This document shows positions 1 to 10,134 of a stretch of DNA of 64,000 nt, piece after piece (within the stretch, counting starts at the first letter, position 1; every line of letters begins with the position of its first letter). Origin of the DNA: an uncultured virus (IMG/VR IMGVR_UViG_3300010885_043927). Taxonomy: Duplodnaviria > Heunggongvirae > Uroviricota > Caudoviricetes. The stretch lies in IMG/VR virus record IMGVR_UViG_3300010885_043927; one strand, 5' to 3'. A program made the position numbers and the translations under genes. Below the pieces are notes generated by a model. That model made no database searches. It was not told the DNA's origin and saw only the letters and a program-made list of their open reading frames with translations.

Positions 1-68
1 ATATGATGGATACAGAATGGACAGATGAACAAGGTAAAGTAATAGTAGAACCATTAAAAGCAAAATAA
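1..68 (+). CDS. 3' end of an upstream gene, probably tail fibre-related
   Basis: Open frame MMDTEWTDEQGKVIVEPLKAK* ends at TAA 66-68; lies upstream of the tail module. Confidence 0.4.
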   Translation, partial: MMDTEWTDEQGKVIVEPLKAK

Positions 69-69
69 G

Positions 70-168
70 ATGACAAAAATATCCAATCAATATAGTTTAA
101 CCAATATACTAACGGCTGATTTAGCAAATAGTCGTTTAGGGATAAATAATGTTAGCCCTGCTTATTAA
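70..168 (+). pseudogene. Truncated tail-fibre-like gene start (32 aa)
   Basis: MTKISNQYSLTNILTADLANSRLGINNVSPAY then TAA TAA; RLGINxxSP resembles a fibre repeat. Confidence 0.35.
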
Positions 169-210
169 TAAAAATATAAGTACCTTGGATTGTTTTAGTA
201 AAATTTTATA

Positions 211-218
211 TATTTATA
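211..218 (+). promoter_or_regulatory. TATTTATA putative phage promoter (first of about 13 copies)
   Basis: TATTTAT(A) recurs intergenically 18-33 nt before start codons. Confidence 0.55.
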
Positions 219-243
219 TGTAAACAAAGTTATAAAGATTATT

Positions 244-741
244 ATGAAAAAAATATCGTTAAAATTATTTGAAATTTTAGATTTAAAAGCCGAACTTCAA
301 GGAGCTAAAAATCAAGAAACAGGTGAAGTACGTTTAGAAGGCTTACTAGCCCAAAAACTACCTATTACAACAGTAAAGTACTGGTTAGACAGTTTAGTTA
401 ATACTCTAGCTGAAGAAGAGAAGTCTATTGAGGCTGTTCGTCAAGAGTTAATCAAACAATACGGCAAGGAGAATGAGAATGGAGAATTATTTATTCCTGT
501 TGCACAACCTAAGAAAAACCCGGAAGATTCTACAGAACCTATGTACTACACTGAAGAGTATATAAAGTTTATGAATGAATATAACGAATTCTTAGTTTCT
601 AACGAAAAAGAAGTCTCTATTAAGGAAATTAAGTTAGAAGACTTAAAAGACGTTAATACTACCGATAACTATCCTTTAGTCTATAAGTACTTAGTTATTA
701 CCCCAATAGAAGAACCGTCTGCTGAGGTTACAGCAGAGTAA
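244..741 (+). CDS. Hypothetical acidic phage protein
   Basis: 165 aa ORF downstream of the promoter motif. Confidence 0.75.
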   Translation: MKKISLKLFEILDLKAELQGAKNQETGEVRLEGLLAQKLPITTVKYWLDSLVNTLAEEEKSIEAVRQELIKQYGKENENGELFIPVAQPKKNPEDSTEPMYYTEEYIKFMNEYNEFLVSNEKEVSIKEIKLEDLKDVNTTDNYPLVYKYLVITPIEEPSAEVTAE

Positions 742-764
742 TTATATTTATAAATAAAAATATT

Positions 765-968
765 ATGCAGTACATCGTAGTAATGGAATTTATTCCTGGA
801 GTTGATAATATTTGGGTGGCTAGATTGACACCTGAAGATCCTATTTACGAATATGCTACGTATGAAGAAGCAGAAGCTAAAGCAGCAGAATTACAAGCTG
901 CTGACGAGACTGGTCGCTTATACAAAGCAATCGAATTAAATGAGTCAAATCAAAATCTAACAGCATAG
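765..968 (+). CDS. Hypothetical protein
   Basis: 67 aa ORF preceded by TATTTATA at 745. Confidence 0.7.
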   Translation: MQYIVVMEFIPGVDNIWVARLTPEDPIYEYATYEEAEAKAAELQAADETGRLYKAIELNESNQNLTA

Positions 969-969
969 A

Positions 970-1242
970 ATGTCTACAGAAACTAAAGTTACGCCAGAAG
1001 AATTAGAACAATTAAAAACTTTCGAAATAAACTTTACTAAATCAGTATATGATTTAGGGCAAGTACATCTTCAAAAGTATATGGTTGAAAAGCAATTAAA
1101 GTCAATTGAAAATGAGATTAAAATTGCCGAACAACATATAAAAACGTTAAGTAAATCTGAGAAGGAATTTTCAGACAGCCTTATAGAAAAATACGGTGGT
1201 ACATCTGTAGACTTGGAGACAGGAATAATAGTACCTCAGTAA
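970..1242 (+). CDS. Hypothetical coiled-coil protein
   Basis: 90 aa ORF ending KYGGTSVDLETG; tightly packed. Confidence 0.7.
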   Translation: MSTETKVTPEELEQLKTFEINFTKSVYDLGQVHLQKYMVEKQLKSIENEIKIAEQHIKTLSKSEKEFSDSLIEKYGGTSVDLETGIIVPQ

Positions 1243-1292
1243 TCGGTTTTGCCATATTATAGTATATTTATAATAAGACAATTCAATTAGAC

Positions 1293-3026
1293 ATGGCAGA
1301 AACTTTAATATCTCCTGGGGTATTCTTAAATGAGAATGATACATCCCAAATTACTCAAGGACCTATTACAGTAGGGGCAGCAATCGTTGGCCCAACAGTT
1401 ATTGGTGTAGTAAACGAACCTACATTAGTAACTTCTTATTCAGATTATAAATCTAAATTTGGTGCTTTATTTACTAGCGGTGGTGCTAGTTTCGAATATT
1501 TGACTTCAATGGCTGCATTTAGCTACTTCCAACAAGGAGGAGAGTCATTATTAGTAACTAGAGTAGCTTCTGGTTCTTATAACTTTGCTACTGCTTCTTT
1601 AGGAGCTACAGCAGGAACAGCATTAACGTTAGAGACTAATTCTGAAGGGTTATCAATGAATAACGATTTCAGCGCTTCTTTAGGTGTAGTATCTGGTTCT
1701 TTGGTAAGTGGTTCAATTACTAATGTAAGATGGGAAGTAACAGCTGCCGACACTGGATCCGGACAATTTTCTATAATTGTAAGACGAGGTGACGATTACT
1801 CGGCTAATAAAACTGTATTAGAAACTTGGGCTGGATTGTCTTTAGACCCTAATTCAAATAACTACGTAGAATACGTTTTAGGTAATCAATTCACTGTACC
1901 TACAGTAGATGAATCAGGAAATTACTACTTAGCTACTAGCGGTTCATATAATAACAACAGTAGATATATTCATGTAAAGAGTGTTAATTTACCAACACCT
2001 AATTATTTAAATACCCAAGGACAGGTAGCAGTAGCAGCTTATACAGCTTCTATTCCTACAATAGGTTCTGGTTCAAATAACGGATGTTTTGGTGGAGCTA
2101 CTGGAACAGTAAGTGCTTCTATAAAATTATACGATAGAATTCCATCTACGACAGGTAACGATATACAAGGAGTAGCGGCTGCTGATTACAATGTAGCTAT
2201 TAGTTTGTTAGCTAATAAAGATGCTTATTCATTTAAAGTAATTTTTGCACCTGGTATTACTTTACAAAATGCTCCTTCTACAGTTAACTCATTAATATCG
2301 TTAGCTTCTAATAGAGGAGACGCAATAGCAGTAATAGATACTGTTGCTTATGGACAGACGATTAATTCTGCAACTGGACAATCTACATCAATAGATAATA
2401 GTTATGCAGCAACATATTGGCCTTGGGTTCAATTACGTTCTTCTGAGACAGGAAAACTATTCTTCTGCCCAGCATCTACAGTAATACCTGCAGCATACGA
2501 ATATAACGATAGAGTAGGACAAGAATGGTTTGCACCAGCTGGTCTTAACAGAGGTGGTTTACCAACAGTAATTCAACCAGAACGTAGATTATCTTCAGCA
2601 CAAAGAGATACTTTATACCAATCTAAAGTAAATCCAATCGCTTTATTCCCTGGTCAAGGATCAGTAATTTATGGTCAAAAGACATTACAATCTAAACCAT
2701 CTGCTCTAGACAGAGTAAATGTACGTAGATTGTTAATCGCTCTTAAGACTCAAATTAATCAAATCTCTCAGACTTTATTATTTGAACCGAATACTCAAGC
2801 AACAAGAAATAACTTCTTGAACCAAGTTAATCCATACTTACAGTACGTACAACAAAAACAAGGATTGTATGCATTTAAAGTAGTAATGGATGATACTAAC
2901 AATACACCTGATGTAATCGACAGAAACCAATTAGTAGGTGCAATTTATTTACAGCCAACTAAGACATCTGAGTATATCTTAATTGACTTCAATATTACAC
3001 CAACAGGTGCTACATTTGGTCAATAA
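1293..3026 (+). CDS. Contractile tail sheath protein
   Basis: SPGVF start; WFAPAGLNRG, GQKTLQ, RVNVRRLL, FEPN and IDRNQL sheath motifs. Confidence 0.95.
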   Translation: MAETLISPGVFLNENDTSQITQGPITVGAAIVGPTVIGVVNEPTLVTSYSDYKSKFGALFTSGGASFEYLTSMAAFSYFQQGGESLLVTRVASGSYNFATASLGATAGTALTLETNSEGLSMNNDFSASLGVVSGSLVSGSITNVRWEVTAADTGSGQFSIIVRRGDDYSANKTVLETWAGLSLDPNSNNYVEYVLGNQFTVPTVDESGNYYLATSGSYNNNSRYIHVKSVNLPTPNYLNTQGQVAVAAYTASIPTIGSGSNNGCFGGATGTVSASIKLYDRIPSTTGNDIQGVAAADYNVAISLLANKDAYSFKVIFAPGITLQNAPSTVNSLISLASNRGDAIAVIDTVAYGQTINSATGQSTSIDNSYAATYWPWVQLRSSETGKLFFCPASTVIPAAYEYNDRVGQEWFAPAGLNRGGLPTVIQPERRLSSAQRDTLYQSKVNPIALFPGQGSVIYGQKTLQSKPSALDRVNVRRLLIALKTQINQISQTLLFEPNTQATRNNFLNQVNPYLQYVQQKQGLYAFKVVMDDTNNTPDVIDRNQLVGAIYLQPTKTSEYILIDFNITPTGATFGQ

Positions 3027-3044
3027 GAATAAAAGAAAAGAAAA

Positions 3045-3476
3045 ATGAAAAACCAATCTAATATAAAAGTAAAAATTCCGAAGGCTCTTTTCGAATTATA
3101 TAAAAAAGGAAATAGCAAGATTGATAGCAAAGGTGTTTTAAAAGAAATGCTTAAAAATCAATTAAAAGGAATGCTTGAAGAAGCTACAGACCAGTCACCA
3201 GTAACTTTACAGAATACTGGCGATGAGACAAACCTTCAGAAAGCAATAGATAAAAATCCTACTATTAAACAATATTTAGGAAAGATTGGTTCAGCAAATG
3301 AATTAGACGGTGCATTGGAAACAATTACTTCTTATTTCGGGTTACAAAATATGCCAAAGACAACATTACTAGCTGCATTTAAAGCAGCATTAAATAATAA
3401 GGCTCCTGAGGATAGTAACATAACAACTAGTTTAAAAGAAGGAGTTAAAAAAGTTATAAGAATTAAGAAAAAGTAG
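3045..3476 (+). CDS. Hypothetical protein
   Basis: 143 aa ORF between sheath and tube. Confidence 0.65.
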   Translation: MKNQSNIKVKIPKALFELYKKGNSKIDSKGVLKEMLKNQLKGMLEEATDQSPVTLQNTGDETNLQKAIDKNPTIKQYLGKIGSANELDGALETITSYFGLQNMPKTTLLAAFKAALNNKAPEDSNITTSLKEGVKKVIRIKKK

Positions 3477-3496
3477 TAACTACGATATTTATTTAA

Positions 3497-3628
3497 AATC
3501 GCTTAATTGTAGTTTACAGACATATTCGGCGTTATAAAATTTTTAAATGTGAACATTGCGATAGAGAAATACAAGGCGCAAGTGCTTTTAAAAGGTTTCA
3601 CGGAAATAATTGTAAAAAATTAAAATAA
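3497..3628 (+). pseudogene. Start-less remnant of a homing-endonuclease C-terminal zinc finger
   Basis: Frame reads KCEHCDREIQGASAFKRFHGNNCKKLK* with no ATG after the stop at 3494. Confidence 0.5.
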
Positions 3629-3637
3629 AAGAAGACG

Positions 3638-4122
3638 ATGAGCGTTCTCGATCCAAATGAGATATTTTTCACTGCTTTTGAACCAAAAGTTAAAACAGAT
3701 TCATAATGTATATTGATGGAATTCCTTCATATATCATAAAGAAAGCTGCTTCACCGCAAATTCAATTTACTGATGTAAAGTTAGATCATATCAACATCTA
3801 TAGAAAGTTGAAAGGAAAAGGAGAATGGCAAGATATGTCATTAGCTTTATATGATCCGGTTACTCCTTCTGGAGCCCAAGCAGTAATGGAATGGGTTCGT
3901 CTAGGACACGAGTCTGTAACAGGACGTGATGTATACTCAGACTTTTACAAAAAAGATATTACTTTGAATACATTAGGACCAGTAGGTGATATTGTAGGTG
4001 AGTGGATTATCAAAGGAGCGTATGTAAAATCGGCTAACTTCGGTGAGTATGATTGGTCGAATGATCAGTACATCTCTATCGATTTAACGATAGCAATGGA
4101 TTATGCAATTTTAAACTTCTAA
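3638..4122 (+). CDS. Tail tube protein (T4 gp19-like); apparent 1-nt deletion near 3692
   Basis: MSVLDPNEIFFTAFEPKV joins NRFIMYIDG; YKKDITL..LGPVGD..EW tube motif. Confidence 0.9.
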
Positions 4123-4143
4123 TAGAATATAATTTTAACTTAG

Positions 4144-4171
4144 AATCCCTTGAAATCTCGAGGGATTTTTT
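4144..4171 (+). terminator. Intrinsic terminator
   Basis: AATCCCTTGA/TCGAGGGATT hairpin followed by a T-run. Confidence 0.75.
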
Positions 4172-4212
4172 GTTTTTTACATATTTATATATACAAACAG
4201 TTTTAACACGTT

Positions 4213-4980
4213 ATGACACAAGAATCAAAGTTCTCTTTCCCTACGGAAACAGTAAAATTACCATCACAAGGTTTAGTTTATAGCAAAGACAATCCATTAT
4301 CTTCTGGCGAAGTAGAAATCAAGTATATGACAGCCAAAGAAGAGGATATCTTAACTAATGCTAACTACATTAGAGCTAATACAGTTTTAGACAAATTACT
4401 TCAATCTTTAGTAGTTTCTAAGGTAAACATCGAAGAATTAATCGTAGAAGATAGAGATGCTCTTTTAGTAGCAGCTAGAATATTAGGCTACGGTAAAGAT
4501 TACTCTTTTAAATTTACTAGCCCTTCTACCGGTAAAGAAGAAACTATTACAGTTGATTTATCTACAGTAAAAGATAAGTTACTAGAAAAAGAGCAGTTAC
4601 TTAACGAAGGTAGTAACGAATTACAGTTTACTATTCCTAGTATCAATACAAAAGTAACATATAAATTTCTTACTGTAGCAGATGAAAAATCAGTAGAGAA
4701 AGAAATACTGGGACTACAAAAAATAAGCCCTTCTGGTTCTTTTGATATTACTACTAGATTAAAATTTATCATTACATCAGTAAACGGTGATAGAACTGCG
4801 GCCACTATTAGAGATTTCGTAGATAATCATCTACTGGCTAGGGCATCAAGAGAATTAAGAAAGCATATAAAAGATACAGCACCAGGAGTTCAATTAAAAT
4901 TTGATTACGTATCAGATGGCTATACAGAGGAGGGTATAGATATACCTTTAACTCTAAACTTTTTTTGGCCTGAGCTCTAG
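4213..4980 (+). CDS. Tail/baseplate assembly chaperone (T4 gp26-like)
   Basis: LPS.G and KYMTAKEEDIL motifs; lies between tube and tape measure. Confidence 0.7.
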   Translation: MTQESKFSFPTETVKLPSQGLVYSKDNPLSSGEVEIKYMTAKEEDILTNANYIRANTVLDKLLQSLVVSKVNIEELIVEDRDALLVAARILGYGKDYSFKFTSPSTGKEETITVDLSTVKDKLLEKEQLLNEGSNELQFTIPSINTKVTYKFLTVADEKSVEKEILGLQKISPSGSFDITTRLKFIITSVNGDRTAATIRDFVDNHLLARASRELRKHIKDTAPGVQLKFDYVSDGYTEEGIDIPLTLNFFWPEL

Positions 4981-5245
4981 TGATAGATTCGCTCTATTTA
5001 CAGAAATACATGAAATACTCTTTCATAGTAACGGAGGATATGATTATGCTGCTATTTATAGCATGCCAATCTGGCTTAGAAAGTTTACATTCAATAAGCT
5101 AAAAGAGCATTACGATTCCATTTCTGCTGAAAAAGAGAATATGATGATTAATGAGGAAAATCCTAACAGAACTGTTAGTAGACCCGATATTATGAAGAAT
5201 ATAGGTAAAGAAGCAACATACAGTGTGAAGGCGCCTAAAAAGTAG
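4958..5245 (+). CDS. Chaperone partner (gp51-like), probably reached by frameshift
   Basis: +1 frame open from 4958: FFGLSSSDRFALFTEIHEILFH...YSMPIWLRKF. Confidence 0.6.
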   Translation, partial: TFFGLSSSDRFALFTEIHEILFHSNGGYDYAAIYSMPIWLRKFTFNKLKEHYDSISAEKENMMINEENPNRTVSRPDIMKNIGKEATYSVKAPKK

Positions 5246-5254
5246 GCGCTTTTT
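5230..5254 (+). terminator. Intrinsic terminator-like hairpin
   Basis: GGCGCCTA-AAAAG-TAGGCGCT followed by TTTT. Confidence 0.65.
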
Positions 5255-5280
5255 CTATTTATAACATATAGTATTATTGA

Positions 5281-7832
5281 ATGGCAAAGCAAAATTTAGA
5301 TATAAATTTAGATACCCCGGAATTAAGAGCACAGATGATGTCATTAGCTGGCGTCTTAAAAGCCGGCTTATCTGATGCTATTCAGGAATCTTTCGATCCA
5401 GAAAGATTTAAATTGGTTACGAATGACATAGTAAACCTTACTAAGGAAACAGCTAGGTTTGCAGATAAAATTCTAGATAATCAGAATAAATTAAGATCTG
5501 GTGCTGCTAAACTTTCAGAGATTGAAAATCAGATTTTTACAGCTAAAAAACGACAAGATAACGTAAGTGCTGCATTAAATAGAATTACTCAAGCTAATTT
5601 AAATTTATCAAGAGAAGTAAACGATGCTATAAAAGAATCAGTAAATCTTGCCAAACAGGAAGTAAAAGAGTTAGAAAATCAAGCAGCTTTAGCTAGATTA
5701 ATAGAAATAAGGGTAGGTAGAACATCTGATCTTCTTAAAGGTATAACTAAAATACCGTTTGTAGGGCAGTTTGTTAAAGCAGAAGAAGCTTTAACAGCTA
5801 TGAATAAAAAAGCATTAGAGACTGATAATAGATTAAAGATAATAGCAGCTGGATTAGATAAATCTATAGGTGCTATTACTGACGCAGCAGCATTAAAAGT
5901 TTTTGGGTTAATAGCTACCTCTTTTAAACAGTTTGATACAGACGCTGCTAGTTTAGCTAGATCTATGAATATAACCTATGATACAGGTTTTAAATTCAGG
6001 GAACAGCTTTCTATGGCTGCGGATAAAAGCGGTCAAATTTATGCGACTGGTGCTAAGTATAGTAAATCTTTAATTGAGATGAATAGTGCCTTAGGTACTG
6101 CTTCCTCTTTTGATAAAGGTAGGATAGATTCTTATACTAAATTACGTGATGTAGCTAAATTTGAACCAGAAGTATTAGAAGACGTTAATACCGCTTCTTT
6201 ACTTAATAAAAAGACTTTAGACGATATTACTAAGAGTAGATTAGCTCAAATTAACCTAGTAAAGTTACAGACCGGAAGAATAATAAATGAAAGACAAGTA
6301 TTAAAAGATATAGCTAATACATCTAATGCAATTAAGATCAACTTTATTGGGAGTGATGCAGCTCTTGCGAAAGCAGCTGCTACAGCTAGAACAATGGGTA
6401 CAGATCTAAATAAGTTAGATAAAATAGCAGGAAGCTTTTTAAATTTTGAAACCTCTATTAGAAATCAAATGGAGGCTGAGTTAATAACTGGCCGAGAGTT
6501 AAATTTAGAAAAAGCTAGATATTACTCCTTAACTAATAATACTGTTGGTTTACAGCAAGAATTAAATAAGCTTAATATTACGGCAGATAGATACGGTAAA
6601 ATGAACCGTATTGCTCAAGAAGCTACAGCAGATGCATTGGGAATGTCTCGCGAAGAGATCTCTGAGATGTTAGTTAAACAACAAGCAATTACTAACCTAG
6701 GTGCTAAAGATTTAACTCAAGCGCGGGCAATTTTTAATGAAAATCTCAAAACGATGACTTTTGAGGAAGCTACTGCTAAATTAGGTGACGAAGCATTAGC
6801 TAGACAGTTTCAACAGCAGTCCTATCAAGAAAGGATATCGATGCTTGTTGATAAAATGTTATCGGCCTTTGATAAGTTAGCCCCTATATTAAAACCTATA
6901 GTAGGTGCATTTACAGCTATGGCAGAAATGCTTGCTAAATCTGAAAAAGTCCTAAAAGCTATTGTAGTTTTAGCTGGAGTATTACTGGCTAAGAAAGCAT
7001 ATAATTTTGGGGCAGGAATGTTAGGTGGGCTAGGTGGAGGCGGAGCTGCTGGAGGAGCTGTACCTGCTGGTGCTGGTAGATTAGCAGGTAGGTTAAGAAG
7101 CTCTACAACAGGACAGCTCTTACCTGGAACAACCCAAGGTGCAGGTGCAGGAGGAGGGGCTGCTGCAGGTGGTAGTATGTTTAGTTCTTTGAACCCTATG
7201 GCTGCTATCAAAGGATTCTTTACCCAACCAGGAGCTTTGAAATCTTTTTTAAGATCTGCCGGTAAAATTGGAGCAGTATCAGCATTATTCGAAGGTATAT
7301 TTGCAAGTTCCGATATTAAAGACATTTTAGCATCAGGAGGAGATAAAAGTAGAATTTATTCAGCAGTAGGTACTAGGGCAATAGCTGGGCTAGGAAGTGT
7401 ATTAGGAGGTGCTGCATTAGGAGCTTTACTAGCACCCATACCAGGCGGGGCTATAATAGGTGGTATAGCTGGTTCTTATGGAGGTTCGTGGTTAGGTAAT
7501 AAGATAGGTGAAGCTATAGGACCTGACGGCTTAGGAAAAGGTATAGTAGATACATTCTTTGGAGACGAAGCTAAAGCAGCAGGTTTAGCAACCGGAGGTC
7601 TTGTTACAAAAGGTGGATTAGCCCAAGTAGATACTGGAGAGGTTTATTTAGGAAAGAATAGCTTAGAGACAATGAAACTATTAGTAGAAGAGATGAGAGC
7701 AGTTAAACAAGCTATACTATCTACAGGAAATACTACGTTAGTAATAGATGGCCAAAAACTAGAACATCTGTAGCTAGAAATGTAGCAACAGGTTATGGAA
7801 ACTTACTTAACCCAGGAACTGTAGTTAGATAA
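5281..7832 (+). CDS. Tape measure protein; apparent 1-nt deletion near 7762
   Basis: Long helical Ala/Gly-rich ORF after the chaperone; shifted frame runs to TAA 7830-32, just before the next ATG. Confidence 0.85.
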
Positions 7833-7833
7833 T

Positions 7834-9825
7834 ATGCCATCTCAATTATTAACCCTTCAAACAGATTTAACTAGCCTGAAATACGGTCAGGATAGACCTG
7901 CGTATGGCTCTAGCGGTCAACCATTTATTCAATCACCTTTACCGCAAAATGCAACATCTGCTCAAAAAACTAAGTATGAGCTAATAAGAACTAGTATAGA
8001 TTTTCCTGTTCGAGGCGGTAGTACTTTATATAATGGATTAATAGTACCGTTAACAGCTGAAGAAGATAGAAAGAGAATAGAGAGATTTTTAAAAAGCGGT
8101 CCTAGAGGATTAGCATTTATACAAAAACAAGAACTATTACAATTAGCTAATCCTAAAACTGAAGTAGGTACTCAATTAAACGTAAATGCAGCAAATAATG
8201 CAGGTAACTTCCTAGAGACTTTAGTAGCTAGAGGAAACCTAAGTAATTTAGAAAATACTAGAATCTTTAATAACGGAACTAACTTATTAAAGCAAGTAGG
8301 GGCAATGGGTTCTGGAGCTCATTTCGATAGACACGGAACAGTTCCTGTAAACCCTTTCCAATCTACATATCAGTATGTTGTAAGTATGCAAAATGTAGAG
8401 AATGATAAGACCGGTAATAGGCTTAGAATTCTTTATGAGTTAAAAATTAACAATACAGGTAATGTACCTTTAGCAGGTACTCAATTACAGCAAAGTAATG
8501 TTAAATTAGAAACTATTAATGCTTTAGGTTTATCTAGAAATCCTAATCTATTATTTCAATACATAGGAGGTCCTAATTCTATAGCAGGAAACGGCTATAC
8601 TTACATTCGTAGATTAACCAATTCTACTGGACTTTTGCCTATAGGTGGTACTCTAGTAAATAATATTCCTCTTGCTGCATCACAGTTCGTAAGAAAACCT
8701 CTTTTAAGTAAAGACGATAGGTTAGTTAAATTTGTACAAGATATTTTTGTATCTGGCTCAGTAAAGACTGGTCAAGAGATGTACAAATATAATACTCCTA
8801 ACAGCACTACTAAAAAAGGCTCTACACAAGAATTAATAAAGAGATACGAAGATAATGTTGATAACGTTCAATACGATGGAACATCCTCTCCGTTTAGTTA
8901 TACGTTAAACTATAAGCAAATAATTGCTAAGGATACTACTTTTAAAGGAGCTATAAGATCTGATTTTAGATCAGAGTTACCTACAGGTTCTAATGTACCT
9001 AGTAGTTCTATAGATCACTATATAGATTTAAATAAAGGAATAGGTAATCCTGGTAGAAAAAGTATAAAAAGATCTAGCTATAACCTAGTGGGTAAAGCAG
9101 GTAACGATCAAGGTGTAGATACTTATAATATGCTTGATGTAGGAGTTAATCCTTTAGAGTTACCACAAGAACCTAAAGATTTAATTAACTTCTTAATTAC
9201 AGCTGTAGAGGTACAGCCTAGAACTCAACCAGATGGTACTAATTTTCACTCTACAGTTTTAGCTTTTAGAGCTTTTATAACAAACTTTAGAGATAACCAT
9301 AATGCAGATTATTCTTCACATAAGTATGTTGGTAGGGCAGAAAACTTCTATACATATCAAGGTGTAGACAGACAGATATCTTTAAGTTTTAAAATAGCAG
9401 CTCAATCTAGAGTTGAAATGAGACCGTTGTATAGAAAGCTAAATTATTTAGTATCTCAAGTATATCCTGCATATAGTGAATTAACATCAGGTGCCGGTAA
9501 TGGATTTATGAGAGCTCCATTAGTTAAAATGACTGTTGGGGATTATCTTTATGACCAACCGGGATTAATTAAGTCTTTAAATATTTCTGTAAATGACGAT
9601 TATCCTTGGGAAATAGTATTAGATAAAACAGGAGCAGGAGGAGCAGATGACGATATGTATCAGTTACCGCAAGTATTAGATATAGATATGACATTTATAC
9701 CTATTCATAATTTCTTACCTAGGAGATCTTTCTGGTTAAACGGACAAAATTATAACTTTGCTCCTTTTATAACACCTAATACAAGTTCTTCCGGTAGTGC
9801 ATCATCTAATATATTTGGAATTTAA
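7834..9825 (+). CDS. Baseplate/tail-tube initiator-like structural protein
   Basis: C-terminal FRAFI...YVGRAENFYTY.G..RQISLSF...P.VKMTVGD. Confidence 0.65.
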   Translation: MPSQLLTLQTDLTSLKYGQDRPAYGSSGQPFIQSPLPQNATSAQKTKYELIRTSIDFPVRGGSTLYNGLIVPLTAEEDRKRIERFLKSGPRGLAFIQKQELLQLANPKTEVGTQLNVNAANNAGNFLETLVARGNLSNLENTRIFNNGTNLLKQVGAMGSGAHFDRHGTVPVNPFQSTYQYVVSMQNVENDKTGNRLRILYELKINNTGNVPLAGTQLQQSNVKLETINALGLSRNPNLLFQYIGGPNSIAGNGYTYIRRLTNSTGLLPIGGTLVNNIPLAASQFVRKPLLSKDDRLVKFVQDIFVSGSVKTGQEMYKYNTPNSTTKKGSTQELIKRYEDNVDNVQYDGTSSPFSYTLNYKQIIAKDTTFKGAIRSDFRSELPTGSNVPSSSIDHYIDLNKGIGNPGRKSIKRSSYNLVGKAGNDQGVDTYNMLDVGVNPLELPQEPKDLINFLITAVEVQPRTQPDGTNFHSTVLAFRAFITNFRDNHNADYSSHKYVGRAENFYTYQGVDRQISLSFKIAAQSRVEMRPLYRKLNYLVSQVYPAYSELTSGAGNGFMRAPLVKMTVGDYLYDQPGLIKSLNISVNDDYPWEIVLDKTGAGGADDDMYQLPQVLDIDMTFIPIHNFLPRRSFWLNGQNYNFAPFITPNTSSSGSASSNIFGI

Positions 9826-9827
9826 TC

Positions 9828-10133
9828 ATGGCGACTATATACAGTAACTTAAAAATAACTTCAGGTAGCTTGGGTAAAAGGTATTATGTAAACGCAGTAT
9901 ATCCAACAGTCCCTGCATCAGAACAAGATGCATATATTATAGTAGGAATAGCTGATAGATTAGATTTAATTGCAACTGACTTTTACCAAGACCCTTCGTT
10001 ATGGTGGATAATAGCTTCTGCTAATGAATTAGACGGTAGTAGTCTATTCCCTCCAGTTGGTATGCAATTAAGAATTCCAATTAATACTGCAGAAATACTT
10101 TATGCTTTTGAAGCTTTAAACAAGTCTAGATAG
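9828..10133 (+). CDS. LysM-like baseplate wedge protein
   Basis: DRLDLIA..FY.DPSLWWIIA.AN...G.QLRIP. Confidence 0.8.
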   Translation: MATIYSNLKITSGSLGKRYYVNAVYPTVPASEQDAYIIVGIADRLDLIATDFYQDPSLWWIIASANELDGSSLFPPVGMQLRIPINTAEILYAFEALNKSR

Positions 10134-10134
10134 T

